DNA of 64,000 nt from Collinsella sp. (GTDB taxonomy: Bacteria; Actinomycetota; Coriobacteriia; Coriobacteriales; Coriobacteriaceae), in contig DXZN01000005.1 in assembly GCA_019419645.1 (NCBI GenBank), positions 205 to 64,204 on the forward strand, in the 5' to 3' direction. The position numbers and the translations under genes are program-made. The notes below the pieces were generated by a model, which was not told the DNA's origin, made no database searches, and was given only the letters and a program-made list of their open reading frames with translations. Of this stretch, positions 29,303 to 39,145 are shown piece by piece. The number at the start of each line of letters is the position of its first letter. Position 1 is the stretch's first letter.

Positions 29303-31480
29303 ATGAACTTCCGCTCATCTCTTGCCTGCACCTCGAGCGATATCGCCCGCTGGGGACTGCGCTCTGTCCTCAAACGCCAGGGTGGCGTGCTTCCCGGCCG
29401 CATCGCCATGAAGATCGACCCCGAGCTGCTAAGCGACCTCGCGAGCCTGGTCGACCGCAGCGTGGTGATCACCGGTACTAATGGCAAGACCACCACCTCC
29501 AACCTCATCGCTGACGCCGTTGCTGCCAGCGGCGCTACCGTGGTATGCAACCGTGCCGGCAACAATATGGAGCCTGGTGTGGTGGGTGCTCTGCTCGAGG
29601 CCCGCGGCGGCCTTAAGCACACCAGCAGCGGCAAGCGCGTGGGCGTTTTTGAGTGCGACGAGCTCTACACGGTGCGCGTCCTGCCCAAGCTCAAACCGAC
29701 GTACTTTGTGCTGCTCAACCTGTTCCGCGACCAGCTAGACCGCTACGGCGAGATCGACCATACCCAAGACGTCATCGCCCATGCGTTGGAGCTCTCTCCG
29801 ACGACAACGCTCGTCTACAACGCCGACGATCCGCTGTGCGCCTCGATCGCCGCGCGCGTCCCCAACACGAGCATCGCCTTTGGCATCGACGGCGCCACGG
29901 GCATCGAGTCCGATCGCATTAGCGACTCGCGTTTTTGCTCGCAGTGCAACGCGCCGCTGGAGTATGACTACGTGCAATACGGCCAGCTCGGCGCCTACCA
30001 TTGCCCCTCGTGCGGCTGGGCCCGCCCTGCGCTTGTCCGTCGCGTGACGGACGTTGAGCTTACCTGCGACGGCTACGGCTTTGACCTGGCCTTTGGACCC
30101 GAGGCCAACGCGCCCGCCGTGCACATCGCCACGCGCTACAACGGCCTGTACATGGTCTATAACGTCGCCGCCGCCTTCTTTGCGGCGCACGAGCTGGGCG
30201 TGGACGCGGCGCACCTGCAGCCCACGCTTAATGCCTACGTGCCCGCCGGCGGACGCATGGGCCGCTGGGATATTGCCGGCCGCACCGTCGAGGCCAACCT
30301 GGCCAAGAATCCCGTGGGCTTCGATCGCCAGATCCAGTCCATTAAAACGGCAGGTGGCAGGCTCTGCGCCTTCTTCCTAAACGATAACGATGCCGACGGC
30401 CACGATGTCTCGTGGATCTACGATGTCGACTTCGAGCGCATCGCCGACACGCCGGATCTTGTCGCCTTTGCCGGAGGCACGCGTGCGCACGACATGCAGG
30501 TACGCCTCAAGTACGCCGGCATCGATGCCGCGATTATCTCGGACGTCGCGCAGGCGATCGGCGCCGTGGCAGACGAGGCCGCCGATGACACCTTCTACGC
30601 CGTCGCCAACTACACGGCCTTCCCGCCGCTGGTCAAGGAACTCGACGGGCTTAAAGACGACGATGCAAGCTCGATTGTCTCCCACGCCATAACGCGCGCC
30701 GATGGTAGCGCTGTCCCCACCGATATTGCGCCGGTCGAGCTTTCGCGCCCCCTGCGTATCGTCTACCTGTACCCCGATGCCCTCAACCTCTATGCCGACG
30801 GCGGCAACGTTATCGCCCTCGAGCGCCGCTGCGCCTGGCGTGGCATTCCCGCGCGTGTAGACGAGGTCCGTATGGGCGAAACGCTTGATTTGACCGATGC
30901 CGATATCGTCATGATGGGTGGCGGCTCCGACCGCGACCAGCTAGCCGTGGCACACGAGCTGCTCGCCCAAAAAGACAAGGTCGCGGCCTATGTTGAGGAT
31001 GGCGGCTCGCTGCTTGCCATCTGTGGCGGCTATCAGCTGCTCGGCCGTTCGTACTATATGGGCGAGGATCGCATCGAGGGTCTGGGGGTCATTGCCGCCG
31101 AAACCGCACGCGGCTCCGACCGCCTGATCGGCAACGTCGCCGTCAAGACCGACCTGGCACCCGAGCCCTTTGTCGGATTCGAGAACCACGGCGGCCGCAC
31201 GCTTTTGGACGTCGATGCCACGCCGCTCGGAACGTCCGTCGTCACGGGCACCGGCAACAACGGCGACGATGGCTTTGAGGGTCTGATCTACAGGGGAGTC
31301 ATCGGCACGTACCTGCACGGACCAGCGCTGCCCAAAAACCCCGAACTTGCCGACTGGCTCATCGCCCACGCCCTTGAGCGCCGTGGCGACGCACAGGCCG
31401 CCGCCCTGCTGCCGCTCAAACCCCTCGACGACACCTACGAGCACGCCGCCCACGACGCCGCGATGAAGCTCCTCCCCTAA
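29303..31480 (+). CDS. Fused lipid II isoglutaminyl synthase MurT-GatD
   Basis: N-term ITGTNGKTTT, NLFRDQLDRYGE, Zn ribbon, KNP.GF, DGHDVSWIYDVDFE (MurT/DUF1727); C-term LYPD.LNLY.DGGN, GGGSD, AICGGYQLLG, GFENH, TYLHGP.LPKNP (GatD), in one open frame. Confidence 0.92.
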   Translation: MNFRSSLACTSSDIARWGLRSVLKRQGGVLPGRIAMKIDPELLSDLASLVDRSVVITGTNGKTTTSNLIADAVAASGATVVCNRAGNNMEPGVVGALLEARGGLKHTSSGKRVGVFECDELYTVRVLPKLKPTYFVLLNLFRDQLDRYGEIDHTQDVIAHALELSPTTTLVYNADDPLCASIAARVPNTSIAFGIDGATGIESDRISDSRFCSQCNAPLEYDYVQYGQLGAYHCPSCGWARPALVRRVTDVELTCDGYGFDLAFGPEANAPAVHIATRYNGLYMVYNVAAAFFAAHELGVDAAHLQPTLNAYVPAGGRMGRWDIAGRTVEANLAKNPVGFDRQIQSIKTAGGRLCAFFLNDNDADGHDVSWIYDVDFERIADTPDLVAFAGGTRAHDMQVRLKYAGIDAAIISDVAQAIGAVADEAADDTFYAVANYTAFPPLVKELDGLKDDDASSIVSHAITRADGSAVPTDIAPVELSRPLRIVYLYPDALNLYADGGNVIALERRCAWRGIPARVDEVRMGETLDLTDADIVMMGGGSDRDQLAVAHELLAQKDKVAAYVEDGGSLLAICGGYQLLGRSYYMGEDRIEGLGVIAAETARGSDRLIGNVAVKTDLAPEPFVGFENHGGRTLLDVDATPLGTSVVTGTGNNGDDGFEGLIYRGVIGTYLHGPALPKNPELADWLIAHALERRGDAQAAALLPLKPLDDTYEHAAHDAAMKLLP

Positions 31481-31487
31481 CGCCCCA

Positions 31488-31520
31488 CCACCACAAAGGG
31501 GACAGGCACCTTTGTGGTGG
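31488..31520. repeat. REP-like palindrome with GGGACAG loop
   Basis: ccaccacaaagg-ggacaggca-cctttgtggtgg; related to the AAAGGGAC(T/A)G(T)CCC motifs at 55.8 and 60.6 kb. Confidence 0.55.
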
Positions 31521-31580
31521 TTTTCCAGTTTGCCAACGATATACGCGCCGACAAAAAAGTCTGCTATACTCTTTCCCGCT

Positions 31581-31657
31581 GTCCCCATCGTCTAGCGGCC
31601 AAGGACGCCACCCTTTCAAGGTGGATATCGCGGGTTCGAATCCCGCTGGGGGCACCA
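31581..31657 (+). tRNA. tRNA-Glu (TTC)
   Basis: Acceptor GTCCCCA/TGGGGGC, anticodon arm ccacc-cTTTCaa-ggtgg, GGTTCGAATCC T-arm, encoded CCA. Confidence 0.97.
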
Positions 31658-31917
31658 TTTGAAATGCAAAGCCCGTTACCCTTGTGGTGACGGGCTTTTT
31701 TCTTCTCCAACGCCGGGATTCGAACCCGACAGGGTGCGGAGCTGAGGAAACGCGTAAGCGTTTTCCAGCGCAGCACGCAAGGAGCGGAGCGACGCAGCGA
31801 AAGCGGGCGGCGCCAGCCGCACGCGGACATCCCGCTGGGGGCACCACTGAATCTGAGAAGCCCGTTGCCCTCGCGGCGGCGGGCTTTTTGCTACCCATGC
31901 GCCGGGATTCGAACCCC
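31640..31917 (+). repeat. tDNA-linked repeat, about 1.5 units of 189 bp
   Basis: tRNA 3' 18-mer ATCCCGCTGGGGGCACCA repeated at 31829-31846; antisense T-arm CGGGATTCGAACCC at 31714 and 31903; a terminator follows each 3'-end copy. Confidence 0.85.
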
Positions 31918-31943
31918 GAAGGCATAAAATCACACTGTCATCC

Positions 31944-32178
31944 AAGGGCCCGTGGACAAAAAATAGCAAATATGAGTACTGTTACCAATTTAGTAACAGC
32001 GATTTCATGCCATCAGAAGGCGATTTGGACACAAGGCGTCCTACGGCGGAGGAATTGCAGGCGTTTATCAGCTAAGTACTTGGACATATGTTGCGTAACA
32101 CTGCATATTTTGCAAAAAGATAATGCTACAGGGCTTGTGACAGTACTCATATTTGACGTTTTTTGCCCACGGCCCCTT
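31944..32178. mobile_element. MITE-like element with about 40-bp imperfect terminal inverted repeats
   Basis: aagggcccgtggacaaaaaatagcaaatatgagtactgttac versus the reverse complement of the right end aaggggccgtgggcaaaaaacgtcaaatatgagtactgtcac; AT-rich, non-coding. Confidence 0.6.
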
Positions 32179-32294
32179 ATTGCGTGGGCGAATCAGTTGC
32201 AAAGCGGGATCCAAAGCGTCCTTCGCAAACAAAAAGCCGGGGCCCACGCGATGCGGACCCCGGCTCAATACCGTGACGATATGTCGGTTACGTT

Positions 32295-34382
32295 CTACAC
32301 GTAGAACAGAATGTCGTCGTAGGTCGGAACCGGCCAGTAGTCGGCGGCCACGATCTCCTCCATTGCGTCCACGGCGGCACGCAGCGTATCCATAGCGGGA
32401 ACGACCTCGTGCGCGTATACGTTGGCCTGCTCCTGGCCATCGAGAGCCTCGGCCTTCTGATGTACGGCGTCGAGCGCCTTGATGGAGTCGTTGATGGCGG
32501 TGATACCGTTGCAGAGCTTGTTGAGCGTGTTCTGCTCGCACTGCATGGCGGCCTCAGCACCGGCGGCACGAATAGTCTCAAGGCCCTTAGCGACCTTGGT
32601 GGCATAGGCGGTAATGACCGGGCGATAGGTACGACGCGCCTCGCGAACCATCGTGGTAGCCTCGATGTTCATGAGCTTGTTGTACTTCTCGAGCTTGCAG
32701 TCATAGCGGCACTGGGCCTCGGCGCGGGTCAGGACACCCGTCTCCTCAAAGAGCGCAATGGCCTTATCGGAAACAAAGGCGGGAAGAGCGTCGGCCGTGG
32801 TCTTGTTGTTGGCAAGGCCGCGCTTCTCGGCCTCGATGGGCCACTCGTCGGAGTAACCGTCGCCGGAGAACAGGATGCGCTGGTGATCGGTCAGCACCTT
32901 CTTGCAGTACTCGAGCGCGGCGTCCTGGAACTTATCCTCGGGCGTACCCTCGAGTGCGTCGGCGAAGGACTTGAGCGACTTGGCCACGGCGGCATCGAGC
33001 ACCAGGTTGGAGTCGGAGACGTTCTGCTCGGAGCCGCAGGCACGGAACTCGAACTTGTTGCCGGTGAAGGCAAAGGGGGAGGTGCGGTTGCGGTCGGTGT
33101 TGTCCTGCATCAGCTTGGGCAGGGTATCGGCGCCCAGGTCGAGCACGCCGCGCGTGGCATGGACGGAAGCCTTGCCATCGATGATCTTCTCGACAACCTC
33201 GGTAAGCTGGTCGCCCAGGAAGATGGACATAATCGCCGGAGGAGCCTCGTTGGCGCCCAGACGATGATCGTTGCCGGCCGAGGCAACGGAGGCGCGCAAG
33301 AGCTCCTGATAGTTATCGACGGCCTCGATCACCGCGGTGAGGAAGACGATGAACTGCAGGTTATCGAGCGGAGTGTCGCCCGGGTCAAGCAGGTTCTCGG
33401 ACTCGGTGCCAAGCGACCAGTTATTGTGCTTGCCCGAACCGTTGATGCCCTCGAAGGGCTTCTCGTGCAGCAGGCAGACCAAGTCGTGGCGGGAGGCGAT
33501 GAGCTTCATCTTCTCCATCATGACCAGATTCTGGTCGATGGCCTCGTTGACCTCGCCGTAGACAGGGGCGAGCTCATGCTGGCAGGGAGCGACCTCGTTG
33601 TGCTTGGTCTTGGCAGGAATGCCAAGCGCCCACAGTTCATCGTCCAGGTCCTTCATATAGGACGAGACGGTGGGGCGGATAGCGCCAAAGTAGTGCTCCT
33701 CGAGCTCCTGGCCCTTGCAGGGAGCAGCACCAAAGAGGGTGCGCCCGGTGATGACCAGGTCCCTGCGCTTGCGGTAAGCGTCCTTCTTGATCAGGAAGTA
33801 CTCCTGCTCATCGCCCACGGAAGGAACGACCTTCTTGGGGGTCTTACCAAACAGCGCCAAAACGCGCTTGGACTCACGCGAGAGTGCGGTCATGGAGCGC
33901 AGCAGCGGAGTCTTCTTGTCCAGGGCCTCGCCCGTGTAGGAGCAAAAAGCCGTGGGGATGCACAGGACATCGTCCTTAATGAATGCGGGGCTGGTGGGAT
34001 CCCAAGCGGTGTAGCCACGGGCCTCGAAGGTGGCACGCAGGCCGCCGTTGGGGAAGCTGGAGGCGTCCGGCTCGCCCTGGATGAGGTTCTTGCCCGTAAA
34101 CTTGGTAATGGCGGTGCCGTCGTGGTTGGGCTCGAGGAAGCTGTCGTGCTTCTCGGAAGTAATGCCCGAAAGCGGCTGGAACCAGTGCGCGTAGTGCGTC
34201 GCGCCCTTGGAGATGGCCCAGACCTTCATGGCGTGGGCAACGGCGTTGGCCACATCCAGGTCGAGCGGCTCACCGTCCTCGAGGGTTGCAGCAAGGCGCT
34301 TCCAAATGTCCTTGGGGAGGTAGTCCTTCATGACTTCCTCAGAGAACACCATGGTCCCGAAGCGGTCAGTAAGTTCGGCCAT
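32295..34382 (-). CDS. glnA: Glutamine synthetase type III
   Basis: [60 protein letters not shown]. Confidence 0.95.
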   Translation of the reverse strand: MAELTDRFGTMVFSEEVMKDYLPKDIWKRLAATLEDGEPLDLDVANAVAHAMKVWAISKGATHYAHWFQPLSGITSEKHDSFLEPNHDGTAITKFTGKNLIQGEPDASSFPNGGLRATFEARGYTAWDPTSPAFIKDDVLCIPTAFCSYTGEALDKKTPLLRSMTALSRESKRVLALFGKTPKKVVPSVGDEQEYFLIKKDAYRKRRDLVITGRTLFGAAPCKGQELEEHYFGAIRPTVSSYMKDLDDELWALGIPAKTKHNEVAPCQHELAPVYGEVNEAIDQNLVMMEKMKLIASRHDLVCLLHEKPFEGINGSGKHNNWSLGTESENLLDPGDTPLDNLQFIVFLTAVIEAVDNYQELLRASVASAGNDHRLGANEAPPAIMSIFLGDQLTEVVEKIIDGKASVHATRGVLDLGADTLPKLMQDNTDRNRTSPFAFTGNKFEFRACGSEQNVSDSNLVLDAAVAKSLKSFADALEGTPEDKFQDAALEYCKKVLTDHQRILFSGDGYSDEWPIEAEKRGLANNKTTADALPAFVSDKAIALFEETGVLTRAEAQCRYDCKLEKYNKLMNIEATTMVREARRTYRPVITAYATKVAKGLETIRAAGAEAAMQCEQNTLNKLCNGITAINDSIKALDAVHQKAEALDGQEQANVYAHEVVPAMDTLRAAVDAMEEIVAADYWPVPTYDDILFYV

Positions 34383-34461
34383 ACGGAACTCCCTTCGTAT
34401 CGGCACCGCGTGAGAAGCGGTGTTGATTACTAACGAACGAGTCATAGATTAGGCTCGTCGT

Positions 34462-34499
34462 GTTTCCGCAACATTACCGTTATGTTGCTGTCACGAAAC
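34462..34499 (-). promoter_or_regulatory. GlnR-like box upstream of glnA
   Basis: Minus strand GTTTC-N6-GCAAC-N6-GTAAT-N6-GAAAC; 11-bp periodicity like the actinobacterial GTNAC-N6-GAAAC sites. Confidence 0.55.
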
Positions 34500-34808
34500 C
34501 AATCAATGAGGTTACCGCATCGCGGCGGCGTTGCCGCCCTCAACAGCCAATCAACTGTATAAATTGCAGACCTCTCCCCATGGTTTAAGGGTAGTCAATT
34601 TGGGATGGGGCTCTATTAACTGGTATTTCGCATCAGATACCAGTCTTTATAGCCCCATCCTAGATTGACCGCTCTGCTATAGGGAATGTCGATAGCAAGG
34701 CATCTTTGATTGGTATCCCCGAATAGCGAGTGAAACTCCACCGTGACACAGTGGTGCTGTAGAATCCTTACAACACATCACACTATTACGTATCTAAAGG
34801 AGCACGAT

Positions 34809-35681
34809 ATGCGCGTCGACGAGGTTTTTAAGCAGGCAGCATCCCAGGGCACCGCACCCGTTTCGTTTGAGATGTTCCCGCCCAAGGGCGAGCTTACCCT
34901 CAACACGGCTCGCGAGGTGGCAGGCAATCTGTGCAAGCTTTCGCCGAGCTTTGTCTCGGTCACTTGTTCCGCTGGCGGCTCGGGCAACGGTGCCACCACC
35001 GCCCCCATCGCGCATATGATTACGAGCGAATTCGATACGCCCTCGGTGGCGCACCTCACCTGTGTGGGCCGTACCCACGCCGATATCGCCGCCAAGATCG
35101 ATGAGTACCGCACCGCCGGCGTGGAAAACATCCTGGCCCTGCGTGGCGATCTCCCTGCCGGCGCGACCGAGGACGACAAGCCCGCCTCGGACTACGCCTA
35201 CGCCCGCGACCTCATCCCCGAGCTCGTCGACGCCGGCTTTTGTGTGGGCGCCGCAGCCTACCCCGAGGGCCACATTGCCTGCGAGGATCTCAACCTCTCG
35301 GTCGAGCACCTCAAGCAAAAGCAAGACGCCGGCGCGAGCTTCTTTGTGACGCAGCTCTTCTTTGATAACGAGTGCTTCTATCGCTTCCGCGAGCTTGCCG
35401 ACAAGGCCGGCATCACCGTGCCCATTACCGCGGGCATCATGCCGTTTATGGGCAAGTCGCAGATCAGCCGCATGGTCTTTATGTGCGGCGCGTCGCTGCC
35501 CTCCCCCGTCATCAAGATTCTCGCCAAGTACGAGAACGACCCCGAGAGCCTGCAGGCAGCCGGTGTAGATTATGCCGCCCGTCAGCTTTGCGACCTTAAG
35601 GAGCACGGCGCCGCCGGTCTGCACCTGTACACTATGAATCGTCCTGCGATCGCCGCGACTATTATGGAGCGCCTGGGGTAA
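34809..35681 (+). CDS. metF: 5,10-methylenetetrahydrofolate reductase
   Basis: SFEMFPPK, AHLTCVG, ILALRGD, AAYPEGH, TQLFFD, LHLYTMN. Confidence 0.95.
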   Translation: MRVDEVFKQAASQGTAPVSFEMFPPKGELTLNTAREVAGNLCKLSPSFVSVTCSAGGSGNGATTAPIAHMITSEFDTPSVAHLTCVGRTHADIAAKIDEYRTAGVENILALRGDLPAGATEDDKPASDYAYARDLIPELVDAGFCVGAAAYPEGHIACEDLNLSVEHLKQKQDAGASFFVTQLFFDNECFYRFRELADKAGITVPITAGIMPFMGKSQISRMVFMCGASLPSPVIKILAKYENDPESLQAAGVDYAARQLCDLKEHGAAGLHLYTMNRPAIAATIMERLG

Positions 35682-36469
35682 TGGAAAAACCGCACATCGA
35701 TACAACCGCTGTCGAAGTGCCGGCCGACTTTGCGTCGCCGGCGCTTTACCGTGTCGATGCTGCGCACCATCCCCGTGTCGACCGTGCCGAGATGCTGCGG
35801 TATCTGGGTTACGGCGGCCAGCAGATTGAGCCCGAGCTGTCACGACGTATTGAGCTTGTGGTCGAGCGCCTTGAGCTGGACATTGAGCCCCGCGGCGTGC
35901 GGCGCGTGTTTACCGTCGATGCCACGGGCGTGGACGAGCAGGGAGAGCCTTGCATCCGTCTGGTCGGCACCAACGTTGAGCTGCGCGGTCGCGACATCTA
36001 TCGACATCTCAAGGACGCCCGCATGGCCGCGCTGATGGCCTGCACCCTCGGCATGGACGCCGAGCGTCGTCTGCGCACCACGGGAGCCCAGCAGCCCCTG
36101 GAGGGAGCCGTGCTCGACGCCGCATGCTCTGCCTATGTAGAAGCCGCCGTCGAGCAGATGGACCAGCAGGTTAAGGCTGCGGCCGCCGCACACGGACTCG
36201 CCGGCAACTGGCGCTTTAGTCCCGGCTACGGCGACTGCCCGCTCTCGGCCCAGCGCTCGATCGTCAATGCGCTCAACGCCACGCGGCTCATCGGCCTGAC
36301 CGTCACGCCCACCAGCCTGCTCATGCCCACCAAAAGCGTGACCGCGGTGATCGGTCTGTTCGACGGCGAAGTCCACGACGCCCAGACCCGCCCCACCTGC
36401 AATATCTGCCGCATGCGCGAGCACTGCCGCTTCCGCGCCGCCCACACCACCTGCTATTCCAGCCATTAG
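35681..36469 (+). CDS. B12-dependent methionine synthase activation domain protein
   Basis: RYLGY, ACTLG, RFSPGYGD, P.KSVTAVIG. Confidence 0.9.
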   Translation: MEKPHIDTTAVEVPADFASPALYRVDAAHHPRVDRAEMLRYLGYGGQQIEPELSRRIELVVERLELDIEPRGVRRVFTVDATGVDEQGEPCIRLVGTNVELRGRDIYRHLKDARMAALMACTLGMDAERRLRTTGAQQPLEGAVLDAACSAYVEAAVEQMDQQVKAAAAAHGLAGNWRFSPGYGDCPLSAQRSIVNALNATRLIGLTVTPTSLLMPTKSVTAVIGLFDGEVHDAQTRPTCNICRMREHCRFRAAHTTCYSSH

Positions 36470-36478
36470 GAGCCCTCA

Positions 36479-39037
36479 ATGTTTACTCCGCTTATCACTC
36501 ATGATTCTGACGGCACTGCATTGGCGGCACCCGTTGATGCCGCACGTCGCAACGGAGCCACGTACAAGGCGCGCACGATCGACGATCTGCGCATTAAGGA
36601 CGATCGCCTGCGTGCGGCCATCGAGGGCACGGGACACCTGCTGTTCGACGGCGGCATGGGCACCATGCTGCAGGCCGCTGGCATGAAGGCGGGCGCCCTG
36701 CCCGAGCTGCTCAACTTTGAGGAACCCCAGGTCATTACCGACATTCAGCGACAGTACGTCGAGGCCGGCTGCGACGTGATCACCGCCAACACCTTTGGTG
36801 CCAACGCCCACAAGCTCGACAGTACCGCCACCGTGGCAGATGTCTTTGCCGCCGCTGTCGCCTGCGCCCGTGCAGCCGGTGCCCACTACGTCGCCGGCGA
36901 TATCGGCCCCATCGGCGCGCTGCTGCGCCCCTTGGGTACCCTCAGCTTCGACGAGGCCTACGACCTCTTTGCCGAGGAGGTGCGCTCTGGCGTCGCCGCG
37001 GGTGTGGACCTCTTTATTATCGAGACTATGACCGACCTTGCCGAGATCAAGGCGGCCGTCCTCGCCTGCCGCGAGAACTCCGACCTGCCCGTCTTTGCCA
37101 CCATGACCTTTGAGGAAGACGGACGCACCTTCTTGGGCACGAGCCCCGAGGTCGCCGCCATCACCCTCGACGCCATCGGCGCCGACGTTTTGGGCATCAA
37201 CTGCAGCCAGGGCCCGGCCGAGCTCCGAGGACTCGCCGCGCGTATGCTCACCGTTACGGACAAGCCCGTTATGGTGCAGGCCAATGCGGGACTGCCCCGC
37301 GTGGACGATGACGGAAACACCGTCTTTGATATCCAGGCACCCGAATACGCCGAGGCCGTCGCTGGCATGATTGAGGACGGCGTGAGCGTCGTGGGCGGCT
37401 GCTGCGGCACCACGCCGGCGCACATGGCCGCTTTGCGCACGCTTATCGATAACCACACGCCCAGCACGCGCCGCCGCAAGCCCAGCATGTCGGTCACGAG
37501 CGCCCAAACGGTCGTGGACCTTCCCAGCGACGGCCACAAGATTGCCGTCATCGGCGAGCGCATCAACCCCACCGGTAAAAAACGCCTGCAGCAGGCCCTG
37601 CGCGACGGCGATCTGGACTACGTGGTGAGCCAGGGCATCAGCCAGCAGGAGCAGGGCGCCGACATCCTGGACGTCAACGTGGGCCTGCCCGAGATCGACG
37701 AGGTCAAGATTATCCAACAGGCCACCGAGCAGCTCCAAGGCTCCACGCTGTTGCCGCTGCAGATCGACTCCACCGATCCCGCCGCCGTCGAGGCCGCCGT
37801 ACGCCGCTATGCCGGCAAGCCCATCATCAACTCCGTCAACGGCAAACAGCAGATCATGGATGAGATCTTTCCGCTGGTTGCCCACTACGGCACCAACGTC
37901 GTCGGCCTTACGCTCGACGAAGGCGGCATCCCCGATACCGCCGAGGCCCGCTTCGCCATCGCCGAGCGCATCGTGGCCGAGGCCGCCCGCTACGGCATCG
38001 GCCCGGACCGCATCCTCATCGACTGCCTGGTCATGACCGCCTCGACCAACCAGCGCCAGGCCGAGCAGATCCTGCGCGCCATGTCCCTGTGCAAGGAGCG
38101 CCTGGGCGTCAAATGCGCGCTCGGCGTGTCGAACATCAGCTTTGGCCTGCCCGCTCGCCCGCTGCTGGGCTCGGTCTTTTTGGCCGCCGCCTTTGGTGCA
38201 GGTCTGGACGCCCCCATCATGAACCCGGGCTCCAAGCGCTTTATGGACACCGTCTACAGCTATCGCGTCCTGAGCGTTGAGGACGAGGGCTCGACCGGAT
38301 ACATCGAGCGCTATGCCGGCTGGACCGATCCGTACAAGATCGCCGCCAACCCGGCAGCGGCTCAGGCCGCATCGAGTGATGCCGCGCCTGCTGCTGGCAC
38401 CGCCGGCACTGACGGCAACGACGACCCGATTCGTCGAATGGTCGTCTCGGGCCGCAAAGGCGAGATCGCTGCCGAGACCGAGCGTCTGCTGACAGACCAC
38501 GACGCTATGGACCTCATCAACAATCACTTTATCCCCGCTCTCGACGAGGTTGGCGTCCTCTTTGACCAGGGAAAGTTCTTCTTGCCGCAGCTCATGGCCT
38601 CGGCCGAAGCCGCACGCGTGGGCTTCGACACCATCAAGCGCCTGATGCCCGCCGGCGAGATCGCCGACAAGGGCAAGATCTGCGTGGCCACCGTCAAGGG
38701 CGACATCCACGATATTGGCAAGAACATCGTCAAAATGCTGCTCGACAACTACGGCTACACCGTCTTTGACCTGGGCCGCGATGTCGATCCGCAGGAGGTA
38801 CTCAAGACCGTCAAGGAGCGCGATATCAAACTCGTCGGCCTCTCGGCGCTTATGACCACCACCGTCGTCGCCATGGAGGAGACCATCAAGCTGCTCCATG
38901 CCGAGGTTCCGGGCGTCAAGATTATCGTAGGCGGCGCCGTGCTCACCCCCGAATACGCCAAGCAGATCGGCGCGGACTACTACGCCAAGGATGCCGCCGA
39001 AAGCGCGCGCATTGCCGAAGAGGTCTTTGGGCAGTAA
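36479..39037 (+). CDS. metH: Cobalamin-dependent methionine synthase (Hcy, pterin and B12 domains; activation domain separate)
   Basis: DGGMGT, GINCS, GGCCGT, IGERINPTG, KGDIHDIGKNIV. Confidence 0.93.
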   Translation: MFTPLITHDSDGTALAAPVDAARRNGATYKARTIDDLRIKDDRLRAAIEGTGHLLFDGGMGTMLQAAGMKAGALPELLNFEEPQVITDIQRQYVEAGCDVITANTFGANAHKLDSTATVADVFAAAVACARAAGAHYVAGDIGPIGALLRPLGTLSFDEAYDLFAEEVRSGVAAGVDLFIIETMTDLAEIKAAVLACRENSDLPVFATMTFEEDGRTFLGTSPEVAAITLDAIGADVLGINCSQGPAELRGLAARMLTVTDKPVMVQANAGLPRVDDDGNTVFDIQAPEYAEAVAGMIEDGVSVVGGCCGTTPAHMAALRTLIDNHTPSTRRRKPSMSVTSAQTVVDLPSDGHKIAVIGERINPTGKKRLQQALRDGDLDYVVSQGISQQEQGADILDVNVGLPEIDEVKIIQQATEQLQGSTLLPLQIDSTDPAAVEAAVRRYAGKPIINSVNGKQQIMDEIFPLVAHYGTNVVGLTLDEGGIPDTAEARFAIAERIVAEAARYGIGPDRILIDCLVMTASTNQRQAEQILRAMSLCKERLGVKCALGVSNISFGLPARPLLGSVFLAAAFGAGLDAPIMNPGSKRFMDTVYSYRVLSVEDEGSTGYIERYAGWTDPYKIAANPAAAQAASSDAAPAAGTAGTDGNDDPIRRMVVSGRKGEIAAETERLLTDHDAMDLINNHFIPALDEVGVLFDQGKFFLPQLMASAEAARVGFDTIKRLMPAGEIADKGKICVATVKGDIHDIGKNIVKMLLDNYGYTVFDLGRDVDPQEVLKTVKERDIKLVGLSALMTTTVVAMEETIKLLHAEVPGVKIIVGGAVLTPEYAKQIGADYYAKDAAESARIAEEVFGQ

Positions 39038-39145
39038 CACAACGGAAACAACCGAGCACTAAAACGTGCCGCACGCGCCACTTGGCACGTGCGGCACGTT
39101 AGAATAGATAAGACTATGCTCGTTTTGGCAGATAGGAGCGCAAGG

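Noticed and set aside
31829..31846. Second tRNA gene or prophage attR
   Set aside because: Only the last 18 nt of the tRNA are present, 189 bp from the original, with no integrase or phage gene; treated as part of the tDNA-linked repeat
34500..34808. SAM or cobalamin riboswitch upstream of metF-metH
   Set aside because: Consensus motifs not recognised; only an unexplained hairpin, reported separately
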